Virus record (IMG/VR): IMGVR_UViG_3300021518_000005
Coordinates: 19,228-83,227 of that record
From: a virus
Direction: 5' to 3' (one strand)
DNA: 64,000 nt
Within the stretch, counting starts at the first letter, position 1. Every line of letters begins with the position of its first letter. Below, piece after piece: positions 9,863 through 18,340 of this stretch. The position numbers were made by a program, and so were the translations under genes. A model generated the notes under the pieces. It saw only the letters and a list, made by a program, of their open reading frames with translations. It was not told the origin of the DNA and did not search any database.

Positions 9863-10647
9863 ACGCCATTCGACAAGACTATGCACAAATTGAACGCATT
9901 ATGCTCCTTACGCGCAAGTTAGGGCCGGTTGAGAAAATTGTATGGAATGCCATGCGGTTATACGATTGGAGTGTGGGAAGTGTACATCCTTCGCTTGAAA
10001 CGCTTTGTGAGGATATTAATGCCTGCAATCCTGACGATCTGGTTGATATTGAAACGGTTCGCCGAGCGACCAAGAAACTTGAAAAAGTAGGACTTATCAC
10101 ACAAGAAACGATCAAGCGCAGCGGCCAGCGATCATTTACGCGCTACATCATGAACGATATTCCCGCAAGTATCACAGGCGGCGAACCTATTCCGCTGGTG
10201 TATCGAGAAGGTGGATGGTCTAATACCTCAAATAAACAAAAGCAGGAGCAACAGCAACCACGAGCGCAAGAGGCATCGCAGCAGAGCGTTACTGCTGTAC
10301 CTGCCGCAAAAGAAGACTCGCTATGTGTAAGAACGTTCCGTGAAAGCTTGCAAGACATCGGTCTACCACGTCATCTACATGACGATCAGAAGCGCCTCAT
10401 TGACTCGGTAGAACCCGACGAAGTCCTGGCGTACACTATTCCACAGATCTGCGATGCATATGACGTTACTGATGTGGATGTATTCATCGATCTGTATGTC
10501 GGTGGCAAGGATGCAGTAGATTGGTTTCTGGCTACTCGTTCGCAAAGAAAAAGCCCGGATGCTGCCAACATCCAGGCTTCCAAGTACTACCACGCTGCAC
10601 AAGCACAAACACAAGCACACTCTTTAGACGATGAGCCTCCATTTTAA
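9859..10647 (+). CDS. HTH (HTH_36-like) replication-initiator-like protein
   Basis: EKIVW..., HPSLETLCEDI, ETVRRATKKLEKVGLI winged-helix pattern. Confidence 0.65.
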   Translation: MNAIRQDYAQIERIMLLTRKLGPVEKIVWNAMRLYDWSVGSVHPSLETLCEDINACNPDDLVDIETVRRATKKLEKVGLITQETIKRSGQRSFTRYIMNDIPASITGGEPIPLVYREGGWSNTSNKQKQEQQQPRAQEASQQSVTAVPAAKEDSLCVRTFRESLQDIGLPRHLHDDQKRLIDSVEPDEVLAYTIPQICDAYDVTDVDVFIDLYVGGKDAVDWFLATRSQRKSPDAANIQASKYYHAAQAQTQAHSLDDEPPF

Positions 10648-10906
10648 CGTACATTGGTATACGTGTCAAACAGAATAGTTGCGGTTGCCGGAAAATAAAA
10701 TATCAGCCCCTCAGCGGGCTTGTGACGCACGAAAAGAGCACGAACGAGGAAATACCTGTTCGTGCTCTTTTCGTGCGTCCTGAGCCTTCCTGTGACGTTC
10801 TAGGCGGTCTTGCAGGCGTGTATCGTGTAGATGTTCTCTGAATCGGCGAACTCTTACGCTTAAAAGTCGGTGTTTGCACCTCAATACAAACATTACAAAA
10901 CGGTCA

Positions 10907-10935
10907 TTGACATTATCTTACCGATATGGTAAGAT
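10907..10935 (+). promoter_or_regulatory. promoter/operator copy 6
   Basis: TTGACA-TTATCTTACCGATATGG-TAAGAT. Confidence 0.85.
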
Positions 10936-11393
10936 GTTTGTGTAAGAACAAGCGCACACGAAAGGACACGGCAATGTACACGAAAGAAATCAAGTACGAC
11001 AACATCACCAAGGACTTTGCCGCCTATCTCAATGGCTCACTTGTCGGCTTCTATCCTGATTACCAATCAGCCGAACAAGCACTTGACGCTCTCGTATATA
11101 AGGCGCTAACCGTGGAGGTGCTGTAATGAGCAAGGAACTGTGCAATTGGTACTACGACTTCACCGAGGATAAGCAGTACACCAGCGATGATGAAGGCTGC
11201 TTAGTGCAGCTCTGCTGCAAACATGCACGCGATCCATTAGCTGCTGGTGACATTCAGTGGGCTTCACGCGGCGATGAGAGTACCAGCTGTGAGCATCACG
11301 GCTGTACGGCACACAATAACCCACAGGGGCGATGAACTTAGCGAGCGCGGTAGTTGCGGCTGCCGCGCTTGATACCAAACAGGAAAAACAGCA

Positions 11394-11780
11394 ATGTACA
11401 AAATTGGCGACTCACTCCTGACATGGGACGGTGTTGTATTCACAGTCAAAGGCGTGCAACGCGCTGAACAGGTATATCGCGGCGATAGTGGTATCTGGTG
11501 CCACGAAAGCGATATTGTGTGCAAACTGGACATGCCAGCTTCACAGCATCGCGAAGCACTTGAAAGAGAAATGCGGATGGCTCTGGGCTGGCTGTGGGCA
11601 AAAGGGCAGCACGGTCTAGTCAAGCGCATTGAGAGTAACAAAGGTGTAGAGTTTCTTCGCCAAGTTGATCACCTGATTGATATTCTTGATCACGTTCCTG
11701 CTCAGTGGAACATGCCGATTAATTGGCCGAAGTCGTTACGCAAGCTCATTATGATGGAGGAACCTGTATGTACGCCGTAG
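11394..11780 (+). CDS. hypothetical protein
   Basis: 128 aa ORF with AGGA SD. Confidence 0.55.
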   Translation: MYKIGDSLLTWDGVVFTVKGVQRAEQVYRGDSGIWCHESDIVCKLDMPASQHREALEREMRMALGWLWAKGQHGLVKRIESNKGVEFLRQVDHLIDILDHVPAQWNMPINWPKSLRKLIMMEEPVCTP

Positions 11781-11991
11781 GTGATCATGTCCTTGGTATC
11801 GACTACACCGCGTTTACCATTAGCCGCGTCGAGAGCGACGACAAGGAGGTAACGTATCATCGCATGGGATCGCGCATGCGGTATACGGCGAATGTACACA
11901 AAGGGCATTTTGACTATGCTTGAGCAGATTCGGCATCCCACAGCTAGGATGCACTATAACTGGATACAAGCACTTTGGGGGGATGTGCAGC

Positions 11992-12510
11992 GTGCCTAGC
12001 ACGCCAACGCACGACAGAATAACGATTATCGCCGGGGCGCTCCTTGCTCCGGCGTATTCGTTTGCGCAGCAGCATGCAGGCAATGAACATGCTGCAACAT
12101 TGGGCCTTATCGCTGGCACCAGTTGTATTGTTTCAGGACTATGGTTCAGTCCTGATCTTGACCTTGACAGCTGGATACATCATCGTTGGGGCGCGCTAGC
12201 AGCACTATGGAAGCCATACAAACAGCTTGTACCGCATCGCCACTGGGTAAGTCATGGCTTTGTTATCGGCGCGCTGCTCCGGCTTGTGTATATTGCGTGC
12301 ATCCTGTTGATTGTAGGGTGCCTGTACAGCCTTGCTGTAACACGAGGTCTTGCATTGGCGGGGATGTGGGTACACGAAATTGCAGCCGCCGCTGTACGGC
12401 ACTCTGATGCGTTTTCCGCTGCGCTTTTTGGCTTCATTATTGGCAGTGACGCACATATTGCAGCCGACGTTATTAGTTCCTCGTGGAAGCGCCGTAAGCG
12501 ATTGACATGA
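11992..12510 (+). CDS. DUF2227 putative metal-binding membrane protein
   Basis: PS..THDRIT, SPDLDL, HR.WVSHG, H..AD motifs. Confidence 0.8.
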   Translation: MPSTPTHDRITIIAGALLAPAYSFAQQHAGNEHAATLGLIAGTSCIVSGLWFSPDLDLDSWIHHRWGALAALWKPYKQLVPHRHWVSHGFVIGALLRLVYIACILLIVGCLYSLAVTRGLALAGMWVHEIAAAAVRHSDAFSAALFGFIIGSDAHIAADVISSSWKRRKRLT

Positions 12511-12564
12511 TGCTTCGTGTTGTGATATGATGTCTAGAAATGATGTCAGCAAGGGAGGTGATAC

Positions 12565-13563
12565 ATGGCAGCATCGCAATCGAGTCAAGCACTCAGTCTG
12601 TTCACGTTCGACACAAGCATTTTATCGACGGCAGAAGCACAGCACGCGCATAAGATCGGACTATTGACAGCCAAAAGTGAGGCCCTACACAGCGCACAGC
12701 GCCTTGTAGGGGTGGGTCGGCCTTTGCTCTTTGGCGTCCTTCTCGTAAGTTTTGTCCATCTCTGGCACACAGTAGCATCAATTAAGCCAGGAGAAGTGCA
12801 GGATTTAGAACTGTGGGGATGGATCTATCACGTTGCAGCTGCGCTTCTTATCCTCTCGATTGATGCGACTGCTGCCTATCTGGTATCGGTTCGTGGTACA
12901 GCTCGTTATGCTGGTGACACGCGCCCTAATCATGTGGTCATCTTTTTTTACGTGCTTACAGGCATGCTCAATTTGCTGTTTGTGATGCGCTACAGTCCAG
13001 GACTGCCCGATATGGTTGGGGATTTTTTGCCGTTCCTGTCATTTGCAACAGGATTGTTACTTGCTCCACTTATTCCGGTGAGCGTGTGGGCCATCGAGCA
13101 CGCACGGCAAACAGCGGATGCGGCTCGACTTGCGTTACTCGTTGAAGTGACAACATTGAAAGGCATCATCCAAGCATCGAAAAACAAGGAGAAAGAGCAA
13201 CACGAGATGAGTGTAAACGAACTTGAGGCATTGCGCGCTGAATTGCAGGCTGCACGGGAAAATGCAGCGCAACTGAATCGTGAGAAGCAGCAGATTATGA
13301 TCGAGTTACAGGCAGAGCATAATCGTGTTGTAGCGCAACAGCAACACGCACCGCTGATTACAACACGCTTACCAGTGGAGCGCGGGAAGCCATCCAAGCG
13401 CGATGCCGTGATTGCACTATTCGAGCGATACAATCATCAAGGCATATGGGTTGATGGATGGAGCGCAAAGCGCATCGCCGATGAAGTATCGACCGATGCG
13501 GAGCCGGTAACAGCGCAGCGTGTCAGTGAGTACATTAGCAAATATAAGAAAGTGAGCGGATAA
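12565..13563 (+). CDS. multi-TM membrane protein with coiled coil and C-terminal HTH (SpdB-like architecture)
   Basis: ~4 hydrophobic helices, heptad-rich segment, WSAKRIADEV...TAQRVSEY; own TTGACA promoter and GGAGGT SD. Confidence 0.6.
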   Translation: MAASQSSQALSLFTFDTSILSTAEAQHAHKIGLLTAKSEALHSAQRLVGVGRPLLFGVLLVSFVHLWHTVASIKPGEVQDLELWGWIYHVAAALLILSIDATAAYLVSVRGTARYAGDTRPNHVVIFFYVLTGMLNLLFVMRYSPGLPDMVGDFLPFLSFATGLLLAPLIPVSVWAIEHARQTADAARLALLVEVTTLKGIIQASKNKEKEQHEMSVNELEALRAELQAARENAAQLNREKQQIMIELQAEHNRVVAQQQHAPLITTRLPVERGKPSKRDAVIALFERYNHQGIWVDGWSAKRIADEVSTDAEPVTAQRVSEYISKYKKVSG

Positions 13564-13763
13564 TGAGACATATCGTATTCTGGTTTGTTGTCGTGACATT
13601 GTGCCTCATCACACATGTGTTTGGTATCGAATTAACACATACATATCTCTTAGGTGATCGGCAGGATATGTACATGCTGGCAGTTACGATATGGTTTACG
13701 CTTTTTGTGTGTATCATTGTACCGTTGTATGTATGGAGTGCTCATGAACGCACCAGAGAATAA
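13563..13763 (+). CDS. small 2-TM membrane protein
   Basis: two hydrophobic stretches; coupled ORF. Confidence 0.55.
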   Translation: MRHIVFWFVVVTLCLITHVFGIELTHTYLLGDRQDMYMLAVTIWFTLFVCIIVPLYVWSAHERTRE

Positions 13764-14382
13764 GGTTCAAACGCCCCCACATGGTTCAGGATCGCCAGTC
13801 ATGCATGGCCCACGGGTTGCGCCTGTACGGGGCCACCAAGGGCAGCAGGCAACAAAACAGGCAGTAAAGCAGCAACCTGCTACCGCAGCGCCGCCTATAC
13901 CGAATATGGATATTGCGAAGTGGAGCGGCGCGGTATTCTGGCTGTTTGGATTGACGCTCACGACCGCATTCATACACGGTCTTGCATTCGATATTCTTGT
14001 TAATCAATGGTATCGCTGGCCTGTAGAGATTGTGGTATCACTTGCACTTCAAGTGGCACTGACAAAGTTGGAGAGCCCGATCTGGCGCGGCTATGTGATT
14101 CACTTGCCCGGATTACTAGGGCTTGGCATTGACGTGTATATCAATCTGGCTGGTGCTTTTGCAATTGCCGATGGCATTGCAACATCTGAATCAACACGAG
14201 TGCTAGCGGGCTGGTACGGCTGGAATATGAATGAAATCAAGGCTGGAAACGGCTTTATGCTCACCACGGTATGTATTGCGGTGTTGATCGCCGCTCTGCC
14301 CGAGCTGTTATGGACACTGGATAAACGAGTAGCACAGTTTAAGCATGCGGTTCGTGGAAGGATGTATCAGAAGGAGGACTAA
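13744..14382 (+). CDS. 4-TM membrane protein
   Basis: hydrophobic helices after a Pro/Gln-rich N-terminus. Confidence 0.65.
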   Translation: MNAPENKVQTPPHGSGSPVMHGPRVAPVRGHQGQQATKQAVKQQPATAAPPIPNMDIAKWSGAVFWLFGLTLTTAFIHGLAFDILVNQWYRWPVEIVVSLALQVALTKLESPIWRGYVIHLPGLLGLGIDVYINLAGAFAIADGIATSESTRVLAGWYGWNMNEIKAGNGFMLTTVCIAVLIAALPELLWTLDKRVAQFKHAVRGRMYQKED

Positions 14383-14518
14383 TACACAAGCGACACGGCA
14401 ACATCGAGACGGGCATTATCGCCCGTCTCTTTTTTTGTGTGTACTCTTGACAAAAATGGGAATATGCTTACACTAAAAAGAGCGATTTGTCAAGTGGATA
14501 TATTGAAAGGGATGTTGT

Positions 14519-16204
14519 ATGGGCCTAGAAGGATTTGTTGTTATATTTTTCTTTGTACTGTTTATTGTGCTGGTTATTCGCTCGCTTTTGCGGCCTGAGA
14601 CCGCACACAGCGAATACAGCCGTGTAACGCCTACTACAATGCCTGTAGAGCGCGTTGACGTGGCTGAATATGGCAATCCAGCACTAGCCATCCTTGCATG
14701 GCTTTGGGCTGTATTTCGTATCGGTCTGTTCCATCTACAGCGGCGTCGGGAGAGGCCAGCACCAGCGATTACAAGCCAGGAATCTGTGTATGTTGTACAA
14801 GAGCGTGAATCTATGCCACGAGAGCGTGAGGCTGCATCAGAAATCCGGCAGCCGCAGGAAGTAAAGCAACCAGCACATCAGGCATCAGAAGGCCGTGTAA
14901 AGGACGTAGATACACGCGCAAACACCAAGGATCGCATGGCGCAGTTGCCAGCACATGCGCCCGATCCTGTTGATGACACGCGGGATCGCTTGAATATTCC
15001 TGTGCTGTTTGACGGCACACAGTATCTCTATCATCGCATGGGCAGCGGCCACAAAGCTGTTCTTGGCACCACAAATGGAGGGAAGGGTAACTTTCTTCGC
15101 TACTATGCGCTTATGTCGCTCCTAGCAGGGCCTGAGAACATGCGGCTTGTCGTGTTCGATGCAAAGGGCGGTGCTGATTACTGGTGGATTCATCAGATCG
15201 ATCATGCCGAACTGTATTTTACAGGCCCTGAAATACTCGATGAAGAAAAACCGATTGATGCACTTGAGGAAGGTCTCAAGGTGTATGTGCGTTTGATGTT
15301 GGAGCGCGGCCAAGCATTACAAGCCGCGCACGTAGAGAAAATTGATCTGTATAATGAAAAAGTAAGAAATGGAAGTGTAAATGGTTTTGAATGGCCGTAC
15401 ATTGTGGTTATTGTTGATGAAATTGCAGACTTCAGTAAAGAGGCAAAGAGTCTTGTCTCGACACTGACACGCATGGGCCGCGCTACTGGTTTTGATATTC
15501 TCGTAGCAACGCAGCATGCTACTGTTGAGGCGATGAGCACACAGATCAGTCGCAACCTGACAAACCGTTTTGCTTTCCGCCTGAACAGCTCCGAGGGTAC
15601 AGCCGTCGCCCTAGCGCGCACCAGCAATGATTACGGCAAGTATGAACCGAGCGTAATTGATCGGCCTGGTGTCGCCGTGTGGCGCGGCATGGGCGGCAAT
15701 GAACAAATGGGTCTTGTTCCATTTGTTGATCCGCTGATGGATGGCTTGCTTGCACAGTTGACAAGCAAGTATGGCAAGTCAAGTCAAGCAAGTATGGCAA
15801 GTCAAGTACTTGCACAAGCAAGTGCAAAAACAAGTGTCGTGGCAAGTCGAAAACAAGTACTTGACTTGCACGGGCAAGGCGAAGCAAGTGACACACTTGA
15901 CGACGATGCAAGTGCATACTTGTCTGAAGTACTTACCATACAAACGACTGATGCAAGTCAAGCAATCAGTCAAGGCAAGTCAAGGCAAGCTCCAGGCAAG
16001 TCAGAAGGAAATACAAAAACAAGTCGATGGCAAGGACTTGTTAACCAAGAAACACTTGCACAAGCAAGAGAGACTGTGCAAGAGATGGGTGATAAGGTAG
16101 GCGTCGTGGAACTGGCTCAGGCATTGTATGGTAAAAGCACGGGTATCTATTTTTATGCAGCACAAGAACTTCTTGCATTGTTGGAAGGAGAAAAATTAAC
16201 TTAA
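14519..16204 (+). CDS. FtsK/SpoIIIE (TraB-like) membrane-anchored ATPase
   Basis: N-terminal TMs; Walker A GTTNGGKG; VFDAKGG; Walker B VVIVDE; RMGRATG..LVATQ; possible C-terminal winged helix. Confidence 0.85.
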   Translation: MGLEGFVVIFFFVLFIVLVIRSLLRPETAHSEYSRVTPTTMPVERVDVAEYGNPALAILAWLWAVFRIGLFHLQRRRERPAPAITSQESVYVVQERESMPREREAASEIRQPQEVKQPAHQASEGRVKDVDTRANTKDRMAQLPAHAPDPVDDTRDRLNIPVLFDGTQYLYHRMGSGHKAVLGTTNGGKGNFLRYYALMSLLAGPENMRLVVFDAKGGADYWWIHQIDHAELYFTGPEILDEEKPIDALEEGLKVYVRLMLERGQALQAAHVEKIDLYNEKVRNGSVNGFEWPYIVVIVDEIADFSKEAKSLVSTLTRMGRATGFDILVATQHATVEAMSTQISRNLTNRFAFRLNSSEGTAVALARTSNDYGKYEPSVIDRPGVAVWRGMGGNEQMGLVPFVDPLMDGLLAQLTSKYGKSSQASMASQVLAQASAKTSVVASRKQVLDLHGQGEASDTLDDDASAYLSEVLTIQTTDASQAISQGKSRQAPGKSEGNTKTSRWQGLVNQETLAQARETVQEMGDKVGVVELAQALYGKSTGIYFYAAQELLALLEGEKLT

Positions 16205-16702
16205 GTTTTTTCTGGAATGCTCAAAAAGGCCCTGAAATAGCCCATTTTGGGCGACTTAAGCCCCGCGAGATGAAACTTAAGTTTTTCTTTCGGGGCTTTC
16301 TTTTGGCTTTGTAGTCATTAAAATCGAGGCTTAAGTTTTTTATTAGGCGACTTAAGTTTTCCATGCGCTTTTCAAAAACTTAAGTCGCTTGTGGGCAAAA
16401 ACTTAAGTTTTTGCAGACCATTTCAATCGGGCATAATCGTGTGCAGCAGACAAGAATCTCATGCTTGTACTTGACTTGGCAAAAAACAAGTAGGGCAATG
16501 ACTTGCACACTTGATACGCAATGCAAGTCAAACATTCTACTGGAACACTTGACTTGTTTTTCATCGAGCAATTCAGGCAAGTCAACTACTCATAAAGGCA
16601 AGTACAAAAACAAGTGAGGTGGCAAGTCCGGGCAAATCAAGTAGACAAGTCAAGCCTTGTTTCTTGACTTGCCAAAACAAGTACTTGACTTGTCTACTTG
16701 TC
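15760..16702. repeat. dense CAAGT/ACTTG and CTTAAG repeat field
   Basis: by hand count, >20 CAAGT/ACTTG in 15760-16060, 7 CTTAAG in 16199-16408 and ~19 CAAGT/ACTTG in 16460-16702. Confidence 0.85.
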
Positions 16703-17025
16703 TAACGAGACAAGGCGCGTAACCTGCACAAGCGATATACTTTGTACTCCATGTCGCGCTTGCCTCGATTGCAACTTGCACAGCACGCTACCACATTGGC
16801 CTCAGTATATCCGTGTCGATTATTCACACGATCAATACCTTGATATACAACGGTGTTGATTTTGTATTGCGGCTGGCAGTACACGCCAGATGGAGCACAG
16901 CCGCAGTAGTGGCACAGCTGCTGAATGAGTGTATCGAACACATCCATATCAAGCTCGAATGACAGATCACGGCGCTTTGCGTCATACTTGTAACGGCGGA
17001 AAAGATGTTTGACGACTGGCAGCAT
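16702..17025 (-). CDS. HNH-type endonuclease-like protein
   Basis: CHYCG...IDRVNN..GY...NVV.CC..CN..K. Confidence 0.8.
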   Translation of the reverse strand: MLPVVKHLFRRYKYDAKRRDLSFELDMDVFDTLIQQLCHYCGCAPSGVYCQPQYKINTVVYQGIDRVNNRHGYTEANVVACCASCNRGKRDMEYKVYRLCRLRALSR

Positions 17026-17064
17026 GGTAATTGTCCTTGCTCGATATGTATGTTCCCTGACACA

Positions 17065-17094
17065 ATCTTACCATATCGGTAAGATACTTGTCTA
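17065..17094 (-). promoter_or_regulatory. promoter/operator copy 7
   Basis: TAGACA-18-TAAGAT with perfect palindrome at 17066-17084. Confidence 0.75.
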
Positions 17095-17154
17095 GTGACA
17101 AAATACTCACATGATCAACCAAAACTCTTTACACTTGGCATTTCCTGAAGAAGT

Positions 17155-17182
17155 TTGACATTTCTTACCGCTATGGTATACT
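17155..17182 (+). promoter_or_regulatory. promoter/operator copy 8, upstream of the ncRNA cluster
   Basis: TTGACA-16-TATACT; TCTTACC-GCTAT-GGTATAC. Confidence 0.8.
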
Positions 17183-17250
17183 GTGGGTGAGCCGAACGCA
17201 AGACTAGTCCCGAGGGTGCAGCGAGGTCATACGTTGATTAGTAGGCCCAT

Positions 17251-17340
17251 GGGAGCGCAGTAGGTTTCGATAGGGCGCGATGAGCACGAAAGCGCACAGC
17301 TCCGCTCTAGACGCGAGTGCAACTCTCGCCGCTTCCACCA
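17251..17340 (+). ncRNA. minimal tmRNA-like RNA (tRNA-like domain only)
   Basis: acceptor GGGAGCG/CGCTTCC with G3.U70, discriminator A and encoded CCA; GGTTTCGA D-loop; helix TAGGGCG/CGCTCTA; GAC linker; T arm GCGAG-TGCAACT-CTCGC. Confidence 0.8.
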
Positions 17341-17800
17341 GTTAGGGCATACTAGGCATGTCTAGGTTAACCGCTTTGAATGGCACCGTGCCTCTCTGTC
17401 ATTCAACCTGTATGGAGTAAGCAGGAACAAAGGGATGTAAACGCCTTGCTGTAGGTTCCTTGTGGGCCATGAGTAGAACGGATAAGACCGCCGTTGGAAT
17501 GACGGCGCGGGATCGGTAATCCGCACTCGTAATCTCTGCCGATCTGCTGACAAGTGGAGAACTTGTCACTGTACAGGTAATGATCGGTGCAGCGCGGTAA
17601 AAAAACAGCTATGTGTGCATGTGGGTGAGGCTGTCGGTGTTGGGCCGTAGGGAGTACTATATAACGATAGCGTTGTATAACCTGATCGTATCCGTCGCTA
17701 ATCCAACTAGGCGAGGCGCATGCACACACCGCGCATTCACGGCGACACCTGCCAAGCATTCTAGATACTGCAAGTGGTGCGACACGTAGCGGAGAGACGC
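17341..17800 (+). ncRNA. putative structured non-coding RNA(s)
   Basis: no credible ORF on +; many hairpins and long-range pairs (gtgtgcatg/catgcacac, gcgcggt/accgcgc). Confidence 0.4.
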
Positions 17801-17809
17801 TACTCTTGC

Positions 17810-17899
17810 GGGCTTAAAGCGTAGTAGGTAAACTGCGTGCCGACTGATCAGCGGCCCTGTGTAAGACACGGGTAGAGGGTTCGAGTCCTTCAAAGCCCA
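17810..17899 (+). tRNA. atypical tRNA, GAT anticodon, long variable arm
   Basis: GGGCTT/AAGCCC acceptor; extended D stem; CTGATCA loop; 7-bp variable stem; GAGGG-TTCGAGT-CCTTC T arm; no encoded CCA. Confidence 0.6.
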
Positions 17900-17942
17900 A
17901 CAATATTGTTATTATAAAAATCAAAGGAGTGACTGTATACGT

Positions 17943-18248
17943 ATGGCTGATGTGGTGGCTGCATTTGGGGATTTTGGTGTTTTTAGCCATGCCGCGCCAA
18001 ATATGGCCGGTACTGTTCGTGAGCGTGATCTGGAATTTGTCGATGCAACGGTGTCGTTATCGAATGTCTCCCCGTCAAGTTCGATTGATCTTACTAATCC
18101 TGAGCTACTGACTTTCAAGGTTGCCAAAGATGAAGTGTTTGGTACGCTTTCTGCACAGTTGACGGTGCTGCTCACGGGAGAGGAACAAAGAGAATTGAAG
18201 GCGATTGCAGAACGCATTGAGCGGCGTGTGAAGGCGCTTATCAGGTAA
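17943..18248 (+). CDS. hypothetical protein
   Basis: AAGGAG SD; 101 aa. Confidence 0.6.
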   Translation: MADVVAAFGDFGVFSHAAPNMAGTVRERDLEFVDATVSLSNVSPSSSIDLTNPELLTFKVAKDEVFGTLSAQLTVLLTGEEQRELKAIAERIERRVKALIR

Positions 18249-18340
18249 CATGTTTCCTCTTTGTTGGGATGGTTGACGATAACGCTAGCCATCCCAACTA
18301 TTGAAATAATCCTAGAATATCTCCAAGGAGTTGATGATCT

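Noticed and set aside
17276-17296. Hammerhead ribozyme core (GATGA...GAAA)
   Set aside because: Lacks CUGA and stem II; the region folds better as the tmRNA-like hairpin
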